From Chiloscyllium plagiosum (lineage: Eukaryota), in the NCBI RefSeq assembly GCF_004010195.1, contig NC_057724.1, forward strand, positions 40,448,165 through 40,512,164: a stretch of 64,000 nucleotides of DNA, in the 5' to 3' direction. A model generated the notes under the pieces. The model was given only the letters and a program-made list of their open reading frames with translations, was not told the DNA's origin and made no database searches. Made by a program: the position numbers and the translations under genes. Positions 1-11,830 of the stretch are shown here, piece by piece (position 1 is the stretch's first letter; each line of letters starts with the position of its first letter).

Positions 1-1200
1 GCATTGGTCAAAATATTTGAGAACCCACTGGATTCTGAGCAGGATCCAATCGAATGAAACACTGCAAATATGACGCTCATTTTCTGGTAGGAAGGCAGTT
101 AGAAAGCAAGAGACCATTGGTCAGTTAGCTCACCATCTGGAAAAATGCTAAGATGCATTAGTAAAGATGAAATAGCATGTTATTTTTTTAAAAATGCAAT
201 TAAACAGAATCAACCGGTTTTGGGAAAGGGCAATCATATCTGACAAATTTGCGAGATGACTTCGAGGATGTAACAAGCAGAGTAGTAAAAGGGAAACTGT
301 AAGTGCTGTGTATTTAGATTTCCAGAAGGTATTCGGTGAGGTGCCATATAAAAAGTTCTTGCACAGCAAAAGAGCTCACAATTTTAAGAATAATGTATTG
401 GCTTGAACTAAGGGTTGGTTAACATACAGAAGACAGAGAATCAGAATTAATGGTCTTTTTCAGGTTGAAAGGACATAACTAATGAAAGTGCCACTAGGAT
501 CAGACCTCAGGACTCAATTATGTGCTGTCGTTATTAATAACGTGATTAATGGGTCATAGTATAATCTATCCAAAATTGCTTATGATATTAAAAATAAGTG
601 GGAATGTATGTTGCAGTAAGGACATAAGAGCCTGCAATGGGATAGATAGATTGAATGAGTCAGCAAAAGTTTGGCAGATGGAGTCTAATATCGAAAGTTA
701 TGAAGCCATGCACTTTGGCAGGAAAAGTCGAAAGGCAGGCTATTATCAATGGAGAAGGATTCCAAAAAAACATTCTTGTGCAGGAAATGCATTTAAGAAG
801 ACAAATGGAATTTTGGCTTTTATTGCTTTGGGTTAGAATTTAAAAATAACAGTCTCGATACAGCTGCACAGGATGTCGGCGAGGCTGCACTTGGAATACT
901 GTATTCAGTTTTGGTCCCTATATTTAAAAAAGATACACTGGTTTTGGAAGCAGTTTAAAACAGATTCACCAGGCTAATACTTGAGATGAAGGGATTAATT
1001 TAAAAGAATGGTTAAGCAAATTAGGCCTTCGGTTATCAACATTTAGAAGAGGCAAGGGTGAGCTTATTGAATAATCAAGATTCTGAGGGGGCTTGACAAA
1101 GTAGATGTTGACAAGATATTTTGACTATTGGGGAAATCTCAATAGGGCTTTAGGATAAGGGGACACAAATTTATAAGTGAGATGTAAAGAAATTTCCAAT
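1..1200 (+). mobile_element. Decayed CR1 LINE ORF2 (RT to C-terminus) fragment
   Basis: Broken-frame CR1 motifs: VYLDFQKVFGEVP (~307-345), IDRLNESAKVWQM...MHFGRK (ORF 549-836), LEYCIQFWSP (~890-920). Confidence 0.85.
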
Positions 1201-1830
1201 TCCAGAAGTCACCGCAGCACACACAGCTTAGCAGTCCACACAGAAGAAGAAGAAGTAGGGGGAATGTTGTTTATTTGCTCGTGGTTTTAAAAATTAAATC
1301 TCTTATTTCATAGTTTTGTCATTAACAATGAAAAAAAAAATCATTTTTATTTCATACTATTTTTTTTTTTCATAGCAGCAGAGGTAGGCTTCACATGATT
1401 GTGGCAAGCCAGACAGCACAGTATTAGTGCCTATTGTAGTTTAATTGCTCAGAGAAGCTGAATTGCCCATGGAGGCTAATTCACAGTTACACAGGACAAT
1501 ACTCAGCTGGTGCCTGGTTGTGACAGCATTGACTATTATAATCTGGCTGAAACATGGCATAATTATAATTGTCAGAGGAAGCAGAAATGTTAAACTGGTA
1601 AGAGAAGTAATCTTTGTAAACAAAACAGATTACAGATGTTTCTTTTCAACTGTAAGCACAAAACTAACATTTTAAAACTATTTGTTAGTTAAGATGAAAT
1701 TAATCTTTGAAGATTTATTCTTAAAATGGTAGGAACTAAATGCCATTGGACAGTCAATATTGTAAATACAGGAATATTTCTTCCGACTTCTATTTCTGGA
1801 AATCTTTATTCAATATTGTCACATTTTTAT

Positions 1831-2120
1831 GGGCAGCACGGCGGTCCAGTGGTTAGCACTGCTGCCTCACAGCGCCAGAGACCCGGGTTCAATTCCCGCC
1901 TCAGGCGACTGACTGTGTGGAGTTTGCATGTTCTCCCCGTGTCTGCATGGGTTTCCTCCGGGTGCTCCGGTTTCCTCCCACAGTCCAAAGATGTGCAGGT
2001 CAGGTGAATTGGCCATACTAAATTGCCCTTAGTGTTAGGTAAGGGGTAAATGTAGGGGTATGGGTGGGTTGCGCTTCGGTGGGTTGGTGTGGACTTGTTT
2101 CCACACTGTAATCTAATCTA
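1831..2120 (+). mobile_element. HE1-type tRNA-derived V-SINE
   Basis: tRNA-like head with A box (ggcggtccagtgg) and B box (gggttcaattccc), V-domain gtgtggagtttgcatgttctccccgtgtctgc, (taatc)n tail; six further copies in the window. Confidence 0.92.
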
Positions 2121-2128
2121 AAAAATCT

Positions 2129-2497
2129 ACTTTTCTTTATTCAGCCATGGTATGTGAACCAACAATAATCACACATATTTTGTTGTCATTGAACTGAATG
2201 GCTTGATAGACCACCTCACATTTATTAGTCAATGACATTCTTCAAGCTCTGAAGTTACATATCGGCCAAAACAGGCAAGGATGGCAAACTTACTTCTCTC
2301 AAGGACATTAGTAAATTGCAAGGGTTTTACAACAGCCAATGGCAGTTTTGATTATGCCAGCTGTTAATCCTAGATTTTTCTGGAATTCAAATTAAACCAT
2401 TTGCTTTGATGGGATTCAAACCCATGTCTCCAGGACATTAGTCATGGACTTTGAAGTACAAGTCTACTGATATTACCATTGTGCCACCATCTCCCCA
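2129..2497 (-). mobile_element. Second tRNA-derived SINE family, decayed
   Basis: Colinear similarity to 56396-56737 and to the reverse complement of 63061-63725; B-box-like gggtttgaatccc on the minus strand near 2411-2423. Confidence 0.7.
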
Positions 2498-2789
2498 TGA
2501 TGATACAATGAACAAAAGATTGGGGAACGGAGAAAATGGCTGAAAATAGCCCTGTCTACCTTTTCTGTTTTTAATAGTGGGAAATGTAGGCATGGGTGCC
2601 AAACCATAGATCACTCTTCAGTGTTATGGCCAGAGTGCCTTTTAGTACAGGTTCTTTCAGAACATTGGTTAGGCCACTTGTGGAATATTGGGTGCAATTC
2701 TGGTCTCCTTCCAAACAGAAAGATGTTGTGAAACATAAAAGGGTTCAGAAAAGATTTACAAGGATGTTGCCAGGGTTACAGGATATGAG

Positions 2790-3001
2790 ATGGAAATGTG
2801 TTGCTGGAAAAGCGCAGCAGGTCAGGCAGCATCTAGGGAACAGGAGAATCGACGTTTCGGGCATTAACCCTTCTTCAGGAATCAGGGCTAATGCCCGAAA
2901 CGTCGATTCTCCTGTTCCCTAGATGCTGCCTGACCTGCTGCGCTTTACCAGCAACACATTTCCATCTCTGATCTCCAGCATCTGCAGACCTCACTTTCTC
3001 C
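2790..3001 (+). mobile_element. Palindromic Penelope-derived mini-insert (copy A)
   Basis: 85-bp arms at 2787-2871 and 2884-2968 (2 mismatches, 12-nt spacer), 33-nt unpaired tail, 14-bp TSD ttacaggatatgag at 2776-2789 and 3002-3015. Confidence 0.9.
2848..2881 (-). ncRNA. Minimal type I hammerhead ribozyme motif
   Basis: Minus strand reads ttc-CTGAAGA-A-GGGT-taat-GCCC-GAAAC-GTC-gat: intact core, stem II, palindromic ACGT stem III, GUC site. Confidence 0.75.
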
Positions 3002-3754
3002 TTACAGGATATGAGCCTATGGGGATAGACTAAATGGGATGGGGCTGTTTTCCCTGGAGCATCTGAGGCTGGGGGCGGGGTGGGTGGGGGGGCTTATAGA
3101 GGTTTATAAAATCATGAGGGGCAAGAATTGGGTAAATAACAAGGTATTTTCCCCTGGGTGGGGGAGTCCAGAACTAGAGGGCATAGGTTTTGGGTGAGAG
3201 GGGAAAAATTTAAAAGGGACCTGAAGGGCAACTTTTTCACGCAGAGGGTGGTGTGTGTATAGAATGAGCTGTCAGAGGAAGTTGTGGAGCCTGGTACAAT
3301 TGCAACATTTAAGAGGCATCTAGATGGGTATATGAATAGGAAGGGTTTTGGAAGGATATGGGCCAAGTGCTGGCAAATGGGACTAGATTAGGTTAGGATA
3401 TCTGGTTGGCACGAATGAGTTGGACCAAAGGATCTGTTTCTGTGCTGTACATCTCTGTGACTCTAAGACTCTATACATGTCCACAGTTTTTGTGGATTCA
3501 TGCCAGGTTATTAAAAGGTTGTGGTTTACAGCAGATTAAGAGTGTCATGTGCTCTAGTCTGTATAAGGAAACCTTTGGAGAGATAATTTCAAATGATCTT
3601 CCTCATGCACCCCAAGCTAAAGTAAGCTCCCTGAAATAATTCAAATGACCCCTCATAGACCCCACCATGACAATATATTTCCATACACATACATCTACTA
3701 TACATAGGAGGGAAGCAGTGAACCTTGCCATGTCAGTTGGGAGAATGAAAAATA

Positions 3755-4775
3755 AAACTTACAAATACTGTGGATATTTGGACTCTGAAATAAAACTAAA
3801 AAGTGCTAGAGAAACTCCGTGATCTAGCAGCATCTCTGAAGAGGGAACCAATTAATGTTGAGTCTTAGATCACTCTTCATTGGAACTGAAAGAAGTTGGG
3901 AATTTTTTTTTTTATATTGTTGACAGAAGAGGGGCAAGTGGAATAAATTATAAGAATGCTTAGAGCCAATAACACTTTCCCAAATTGTATTCTGTCTGCT
4001 ACTTCTTTGCTCACTCTCCAAGCTTGCCCAAGTCAGCTTCCCAGCCTTCTCAACACTACATGTCCCTCCACCATATTTGTGCTATCTGCAAATTGAGCAA
4101 CAATGCACTCAGTTCCTTTTTCCAGACCAATGAAGGGAGGAAAGGGATGTAAAAAAGGGTGTAAATTAAAATGTAAAAAGGAGAAAAACGAGTCTGTTGT
4201 GTTAAGAGCAAAGTTAGCAAAACACAAATGAGTCATGACTGCGTGTGAGGGGTGGGTGTGGAGCAACATTCTCCCTAAGCAGTGTGCATGTGACTATTCC
4301 AAAGTTTTGCACAAAGTGATCAGTATCAACATGTCAATCAGGCATTGACTTCTGGTGTCAGAGGTCACCAGATATGTGTAAAATTTGGAGACCTGCACAA
4401 CTGGTAAGAATTTTGAGAACATTCTGGTGGGGAGGGATTGGAGGATTTTAAAAAAGTAGAGAATACAATAGTCATGTTCTGAAGTTTTAGAATTCAATAT
4501 TGAGTCCTAGAGATTGTAAGGTGCCCAAGTGAAAATGAGGTGTTGTTCCTCTAGCTTATCCTAGACTTGTTGGAACTGAGTACCAGGTCCAGGATGGAAA
4601 TACTTGCAAGAAGCAAAGTGGTTTATTGAAAAGTGAAGCAAATGGAAGGTCAAGGTCCTCCCTTCAGCCAAATTGGAAGTACTATTTTCCCTTCACCACC
4701 TTTAATGACCTCTTCCTTTTTTGGCTCTGAGCACCCTTACAATTTGTTCCACTTACTTCTCCTCCTTCTCTGTCT
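3755..4775 (-). mobile_element. Old Penelope-like (Neptune-type) 3' fragment with start of an inverted arm
   Basis: Minus strand 4490-4560 encodes DKLEEQHLIF/LGTLQSLGLNIEF (one frameshift), a PLE GIY-YIG C-terminal motif; 3927-3971 is inversely repeated at ~4720-4775; the arm appears to resume at ~10915-10995. Confidence 0.7.
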
Positions 4776-4776
4776 A

Positions 4777-5560
4777 CTGGTCTGGATGAAGGAACTGAGG
4801 GCATTATTGCTCAGCCTGCAGGAGGCACAAATAGAGGTGGAGGGACACATAGTGTTGAGGAGGTTGGGAGGCTAATTTGGTCAAGCTAAGAACGTGGGCA
4901 AAGAAGTAGCAGATGGAATACAATGTGGGAAAATGCGAGATTATGCACTTCGATAAGAAAAATAGAAGCATAGACCAATTTTTAAATGTGGAAAGACTTG
5001 GGAAATCTAAAGAACAAAAGGACTTAGGTGTCCCAGTTCAGGATTCTCTTAAGATTAACATGTAGGTTCAGCTGGCAGTTAGGAAGGCAAATGAAATGTT
5101 GACATCCATTTCAAGATGGCTAGAATACAAAAGCATGGATGTACTCTGTGGCTGTTTAAGGCCCTACTCAGTCTGCATTTGGAATGTTGAGAGCAGTTTT
5201 GCCCGCATATCTAAGGAAGGATGTGCTAGCCTTTGAGGGAGTCTAGAGAAGTTTTACAAGAATTTACCCTGGGATGAAGGACTTGCCAGATGAGGTGTTG
5301 ATAAGGACTCTGGGTTTGTATTCGACTGAGTTTAGAAGGATAAGAGGGATCTGATAGAAATTTACAGAATACAAAGAGGCCTGTATAAAGTGGACATGGA
5401 GAAGGTGTTTCTACTAGTAAGGGAGACCAGAACCCAATGACACAGCCTCAGAGTGAAGGGACAACACTTCCGAACTGAGAAGTAGAGGAATTTCTTCAGT
5501 CAGCGGGTGAATCTGTGGAACTCATTGTCACAGAAGACTGCGGAGGCCAAGTATTCAGTT
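4777..5560 (+). mobile_element. CR1 LINE 3' part (resumes ~10770-10910 after the L1 insertion)
   Basis: QMEYNVGKCEIMHF, FRTEK*RNFFSQR; CR1 3' UTR continues at 10770-10910 (taaggggatcaagagttacggg...aatgggctgaatggcct). Confidence 0.85.
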
Positions 5561-8500
5561 ATTTTTAAAAATTTATATTTTTATTGAAAGACATTTTTAC
5601 TCTTTTTACAAAAAAAATATTAAAATGCAAAGATACAGAAGAATAGAGATAATACAGCATTATTATATTACCATAGTATTAACAATAAACTATCCACTAG
5701 TCTACAGGGTACCATTGTTTCATACTTAACTCAAGTTAAATTAAGAACAAATAAAATAAAATAAAATGAAATTAGATTCATTACTCCACTCGCTGCACCT
5801 CCACTGAAGCTCCTGTCCATGGGAGCAACAGTTGTTATACACAAATTTACTAAGCCTCCCCTCCCTAGGGTCCCTGAACCTCCAAACCTGGTCCTCACTG
5901 CTGTATAAAGGCCCTAATCAGTATCGCTGATAGATCCGTATCTGTGTAATTTAGAAAGGGCTGCCATATCTTGTAAAATTGCTCCGTGCTATGGTGCATC
6001 ATATTTGTAAGATAGTCTTGGGTGACATGCTCCATCATAAGTATACACCCCATAAGACCTGTTTTTTTTCCTGATATTAGAATGTTCTTCCTAGCACAGT
6101 GCGTAAGAATGTTAAATAACCATGTTCACCAGAGAGAGCAGATTCATCAATCCCAAAAGAACGGCTACTGGGTCCGGGTTAACTTCAATTCCCAGGATCC
6201 TCCCCAGCTCATTCACCATGGCACCCCAGTGTCCATGAATCTTGTGGCAGGACCAAAAGCAATGTATAAGGGCGCCTGTGCTAATTTTATATTTGGGACA
6301 TTCTGCAGAGGATCCTTTCTTAAACTTTGCTAACCTCTCTGGTGCCATATGGGCCCTGTGAAGAATCTTCAATTGCATAGCTTGTGCTTTATTGCATATT
6401 GACATTTTCTTCACATTCTCCCATATATTCTTCCATGTTTCCAATTAGATTTTTTCTCCTAGTTCCTGATTCCAAATTCCAGGGATTCTCTCCATATCTC
6501 CCAAGGCGCTCCCTCTCTGTAAATGGCGTATGGTACTGACTGAGAGAGCGCCCCCCCCCCTCCCCTCCCCCAACCAGAGCACTCTTCTCTCTATGTCTGA
6601 CTTGTAGGGTTGAGCCAAGAGCATGGATTTCTTCTGTATATAATCCCTAACCTAAAAATATCAGAAGAGGTCCCTAATAGGTATCCTGTATTTCTGACTT
6701 AACTGGTTAAAAGACATCAAGACTTCTTCCTCAAATAAATCTCCCAAACAGAAGATTCCCTTACCCTCCTGTGCTTTGAAACCGGAGTCTATTGACCCCA
6801 GCCTAAATCCTGGGATTCCCAGTAATGGGGTGAAGGCAAGGTCTTAAGCAAGTTGCCCTTACTCTGCCACATTATTCTCCATGCTTTCACCATAATTAAG
6901 ATAATTGGGCCCTCACAATGCTCAACCATGGACCTCATCTTGATTATAAACAATAAATTAATGAGGGGACACCTTGCCTGTGAGGCCTCGACATCAAGCC
7001 ATATCGACCTTGAGTCCCTATGCACCCAGTCACCCACATATGACAACAGGGCAGTACCCTTTCCAGCCTCAGGACCAGGACCTTTGATAAAATTTTGAAG
7101 TCTACATTCAATAACAAGATGGGTCTGTACAAGGCACAATCCTCAGGGTCTTTCCCTTTCTTTAAGATGAGGGAGATATTGGCTTCCCTAAGGGAGGGTG
7201 GAAGGCAGTCCTTGCTATACGAGTGACTATACATCCCCAGGTGTGGCTCAGCCAACATGTGTATAAACGCCTTGTAAGACTCACCCGGGAACCCATATGG
7301 CCCAGGTGCTTTGCCACTTTGGAGCTGCCGTACTGCCTCCTGCATTTCTTATATCGTCCGGGGTGCACTTAAAAGGGAGGCCTGCTCTTCATTTGTACCA
7401 GGGAGTAACAGGTTTTCAAAACACGATTCCATTCTTGCTACTCCATCCTCGCAGCCCTCCGACCAGTATAACTTTGCCTAGAATTTTCAAAATCTAGCAT
7501 TAATCTTTTTCAACTCACGGGTGATGGCACCAGCTCTCTCCCTAATAGATATAATAGACTGCGGAGCACTTTTCTTCCTAACCAGATATCTTCCTAAGCC
7601 AGGTATCTAACCGGCTTATCCCCATATTTGAACAACCTTTGCTTTGCAAAGGAGACCCCTCTCTTCACCGCCTGCATGAACACTGAATCCAGTGCAGCCC
7701 AGAGAGCCATGACTCGCTGTAATCTCACCACAGATGGCCTGTTATAATATGCCAACTCAGCTGCCTTCAGCCAGGACTTAAGCAACCGCTGCTGCTCCCC
7801 TCTCTGTCTCTTTCTAGTTGTTGAATATGAGATAATCAGACCCCTTAAATACACCTTGGTGGTCTCCCAAAGCACCGATGGATTATTGGCCGTGCTCCAA
7901 CTGATGCCCCAGAAAGCCCTGAACACTCTTGTGTGGTACTCTACAAAGTTGCTATCCCTCAGCAGAAATGGATCCATGCACCAGTGCTGTGTGTCTGTCC
8001 CACTATCCTTAATCTTGACATCCAAGTACATTGCCGCATGGTCTGAAATAGTTATGTTCCCAATCCTGCAGGCCAACATTGAGTCCAAAAAAACCGATGG
8101 AGTAAAGAACATATCAATTCTCATGTAGGATTTGTGTAGGTTGGAGTAGAAGGAAAAGTCCCTCCCATTATAGTGGAGACAACTCCATAAATCCATTAAC
8201 CCCAACTCCTTTCACAAGTCCACTAGCAGTCTAGATTGTAGGGGTGCACCTGACAGATCCTTTGGCATCCTATCCACCCCAGGGTCCATGAGACAATTAA
8301 AGTCTCCCCCTATAATTGTACAGTGTATCTCAAGACCCATTAATTTAGAGATTGTGTCAACTAAAACTTTGAGAGGGTGCACCGGGGGACAATAAACGGT
8401 GAGGATGCCATACTCTTCTCTGTGTATCAGAGCATTAAGAATGATGAATTGTCCAAGCTCATCCTTGATTTGAGCTATCATCTGAAATGGAAGGTTCCTT

Positions 8501-10690
8501 CGTACCAGTATGACCAATCCTCTACATTTAGAGCTGAAGGAGGAGAACAATATCCTATACATTCCCCCGCTGTAACTTCAAATGTTCCCTATTAGTTAAG
8601 TGTGTCTCTTGCAGCAAAGCGATGTCAACCATTTCCTTCTTAAGGTTTGACATCGCCTTTTTTCTTTTAATGGGGGAAGGGCTCCCTTTTATACTCCAGG
8701 TGCAGTATCTGAACAGATCACTAGCCATGATCGCCCACTGCAGCCCGTGCTCCCCCACGAGGAAGAAGCCCAATCAATGTACAGCGAGTAGAAAAAAAAT
8801 ACAAGACTTTATAAAATCTAAAAACTATCCATACAAACACTAACAAAACTATAAAAAACTAACCACTACACTCAAAGCATAAACCACAAGAGATCTTCCT
8901 CCTCGCCCATAGGGGGCATTCACTCCAAACCTTACAGCTATCCTAGTTCCTTCCAGCTAAGGCTGCATACCAAACCCAGGCAATGCACAGAGAGAAAAAA
9001 AAAACATTGTATACACTCATGGAAGTTAACAATGGACGTCCTTCCCTCCTCCTCCATATCTCAATTCCATACATAGAGTCATAGAGACGTACAGCGCAGA
9101 AATAGACCCTTCAGTCCAACCCATCCATGCCGACCGATATCCCAACCCAATCTAGTCCCACCTGCCAGCACCTGGCCCATATCCTCCAAACCCTTCCTAT
9201 TCATGAAACCATCCAAATGCCTTCTAAATGTTGCAATTATACGAGCTTCCACCATTTCCTCTGGCAGCTCATTCCATACACGCACCACCCTCTGTGTGCC
9301 TTAGATCTCTTTTATATCTTTCCCCTTTCACCCTAAACCTATACCCTCTAGATCTGGACTCCCCCACCCCAGGGAAAAGACTTTGTCTATTTATCCTATC
9401 CATGCCATTCATGATTTTATAAACTTCTATAAGGTCACCCCTCAGCCTCCGACGCTCCAGGGAAAACAGCCCCAGTATGTTCAGCCTCACCCTATAGTTC
9501 AAATCCTGCAACCCTGGCAACATCCTTGGAAATCTTTTCTGAACCCTTTCAAGTTTCACAACATCTTTCCGATAGGAAGGAGACCAGAATTGCACACAAT
9601 ATTCCAAAAGTGGCCTAACCAATGTTCTGTACAGCCACAATATGACCTCCAAACTCCTGTACTCAATAATCTGACCAATATAGGAAAGTATACCAAACAC
9701 CTTCTTCACTATCCTATCTACCTGCAACTCCACTTTCAAGGAGCTATAAACCTGCACTCCAAGATCTCTTTGTTCAGCAACACACCCTAGGACCTTACCA
9801 TTAAGTGCATAAGTTCTGCTAAGATTTGCTTTCCCAAAATACAGCACCTCACATTTATCTGAATTAAACTCCATCTGCCACTTACTTCTCAGCCCATTGG
9901 CCCATCTGATCAAGATCCCATTGTAATCTGAGGTAACCTTCTTCACTGTCCACTACACCTCCAATTTAGGTGTCATCTGCAAACTTACTAACTATAGCTC
10001 TTATGCTCACATCCAAATCATTTATATAAATTATGAAAAGTAGTGGACCGAGCACCGATTCTTGTGGCACTCCACTGGTCACAGGCCTCCAGTCTGAAAA
10101 ACAACCCTCCACCACCACCCTCTGTTTTCTACCTTTGAGCCAGTTACACAAAAGAAGTAACCACTCCTCACCCAGAAAAAAAAGAACAGTGAAATAAGAG
10201 ATAATTTGGCCCAATTAAGTTATTTGAGCAAGTTCAGAAAATCTTTAGTCTTTTCCGCCAAGTTAAAATTACAAATGGATCCACCATGATTAAAACACAA
10301 TACTGCCAGGTACCTCAGATAATATTGAATATTCAAGCCTGTTAGTTTTTTCTTAACATCATCAAAATATTTCCTTTTATTAATTATTGCCCCAGAAAAG
10401 TCTTGAAAAACATTATTCTCGGACCTTTATATACCAGAGCCTGTGGATCTCTTCCCAGTCATCTGGAGGCTTCTATTATTAACTGCTTTTTTAAAAAATA
10501 GTGCTGGAGTTGAACTAGGACTTGGAGGGGGGCACTGATCTGACCCAGACCTGCGCACGTGATCCGGTGGGCCCGCTCCACCCTCACTCAGCACGACTGA
10601 ATCTCTAGCCCCAACAACTTCAGGAGCCACTTCTTCAGGAACTTGACCGGATTGTCGCCCTCCTCACACTCCGGACGATCCACTACATTT
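5561..10690 (-). mobile_element. L1/Tx1-clade LINE, decayed, internally deleted, interrupted by CR1
   Basis: APE endonuclease motifs (TWSIKG, IALLQETHL, IIGGDFN, RIDMF, ISDHA), RT start (GKAPGPYGFP, YRPILLLNVDFKILSKVL), C-terminal CPK...IHCFWSC, ORF1-like C-terminus ~10230-10430, T-rich tail at ~5561-5610. Confidence 0.9.
9071..10145 (-). mobile_element. Younger CR1 LINE 3' kb nested in the L1
   Basis: ORFs 9966-10214 ([31 protein letters not shown]) and 9269-9946 (LEYCVQFWSP, LERRRLRGDLIEVYKIM); tail at ~9071-9087. Confidence 0.95.
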
Positions 10691-11213
10691 AAGTTTTTCC
10701 TCCCACCTCAATTCTCGAGGTCATCAACTTGGTCCAGCAGGGCCTGAACCTGGCCTTCCAGAGTTCGCATTGAGTGTATTTAACATAGCAATAGATAGGT
10801 CTTTGATTAGTAAGGGGATCAAGAGTTACGGGTAAAAGAAAGGAGGGGTTGAGCAACATATCAGCAATGAGCAGAGTCAATGGGCTGAATGGCCTAAGTC
10901 TGTTCCTATATCTTCAGGTTTTGTATTACATTAACACTGTTTCTCTCTCCACAGAAGCTGCAGATCTACTGAGTTTCTTGAGAATTTTTTTTGCGAGAAG
11001 GGATTCATTCATAATGTTTCAATTTGTTAAAAGAATTTTTTTTATTACAGTGCAATAGAAGTGTCAGAAATCCAAACCCTTTGAAGTTTTATTAGCTAAA
11101 ACCATAAAGAAATATGAAACCACTGTAAGCATCAATTATGAAATGGATGGAGATGAAGGCATTGAGTATAAGGATAGACAAGTTAAGCTGCAGCTTTGTA
11201 GAACTTTAATTAG

Positions 11214-11425
11214 CTGAAACTTTATTGCTGGAACAGCACAGCAGGTCAGACAGCATCTAGGGAAAAGGAGATTCGACGTTTCGGGCACATGCCCTTCCTG
11301 AGGAAGGGCATGTGCCCGAAACGTCGAATCTCCTTTTCCCTAGATGCTGTCTGACCTGCTGTGCTGTTCCAGCAATAAAGTTTCAGCTTTGATCTCCAGC
11401 GTCTGCAGACCTCACTTTCTCCTCG
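11214..11425 (+). mobile_element. Palindromic Penelope-derived mini-insert (copy B)
   Basis: Perfect 88-bp arms at 11212-11299 and 11301-11388 around one G, 37-nt tail, 14-bp TSD agaactttaattag at 11200-11213 and 11426-11439. Confidence 0.93.
11295..11328 (+). ncRNA. Minimal type I hammerhead ribozyme motif
   Basis: ttc-CTGAGGA-A-GGGC-atgt-GCCC-GAAAC-GTC-gaa: stem I ttc/gaa, intact core, stem II, ACGT stem III; predicted cleavage after C11325. Confidence 0.8.
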
Positions 11426-11830
11426 AGAACTTTAATTAGGTCATGCATGGAATATTGCATACAGTTCTGGTCACCACACCACCAGAAGGATGTGTTGCCT
11501 GGTAGGGGGGATTTTAGCTATGAAGACTGGTTTGTTTTCACTGGAATGCAGGAGGTTGAGGGGTGCTTTAATAGATGTTTATAAGATCATGATTAGCATG
11601 GATACAGTGGGAAGTACTAGGGTGGAGGGGTCAATTATTAGCGGACACAAGTTCGAATTGTGAGGCGGGAAGTTTTAAAGCAATGTGCAAGACAGGTTTT
11701 TCACATATAGGGTGATGAGTGTCTGGAATGCGTTGCCAGAGGAGGTGGTAATGGCAGCAGTCACAATAGCAGCATTCAAAGAAGGACCCGGACAAATACT
11801 TGAATAGGAAGGGAATAGAGGGATATTGAT

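Larger units (their letters stand above)
2650..3470 (+). mobile_element. CR1 LINE 3' end, interrupted by a palindromic PLE insert
   Basis: LVRPLVEYWVQFWSP...RVQKRFTRMLPGL, resumes at 3002 after the TSD; 3' UTR ends in short ctctat-type repeats. Confidence 0.92.
11113..11830 (+). mobile_element. Decayed CR1 3' part containing palindromic insert B
   Basis: GIEYKDRQVKLQLCRTLI, then after the TSD HMEYCIQFWSP and RRLRGALIDVYKIM. Confidence 0.85.

Noticed and set aside
1831-1905. tRNA genes at SINE heads
   Set aside because: A/B boxes run into V-domain and tail; no complete cloverleaf.
1726-2007. Recurring ORFs with STAASQRQRPGFNSRL (also 24036, 48576, 58741, 63165)
   Set aside because: Translations of HE1 SINE copies, not a protein family.
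2787-2968. Palindromes as DNA-transposon MITEs, pre-miRNAs or terminators
   Set aside because: One-sided tail, variable 14-18 bp TSDs and the hammerhead motif point to PLE retrotransposition.
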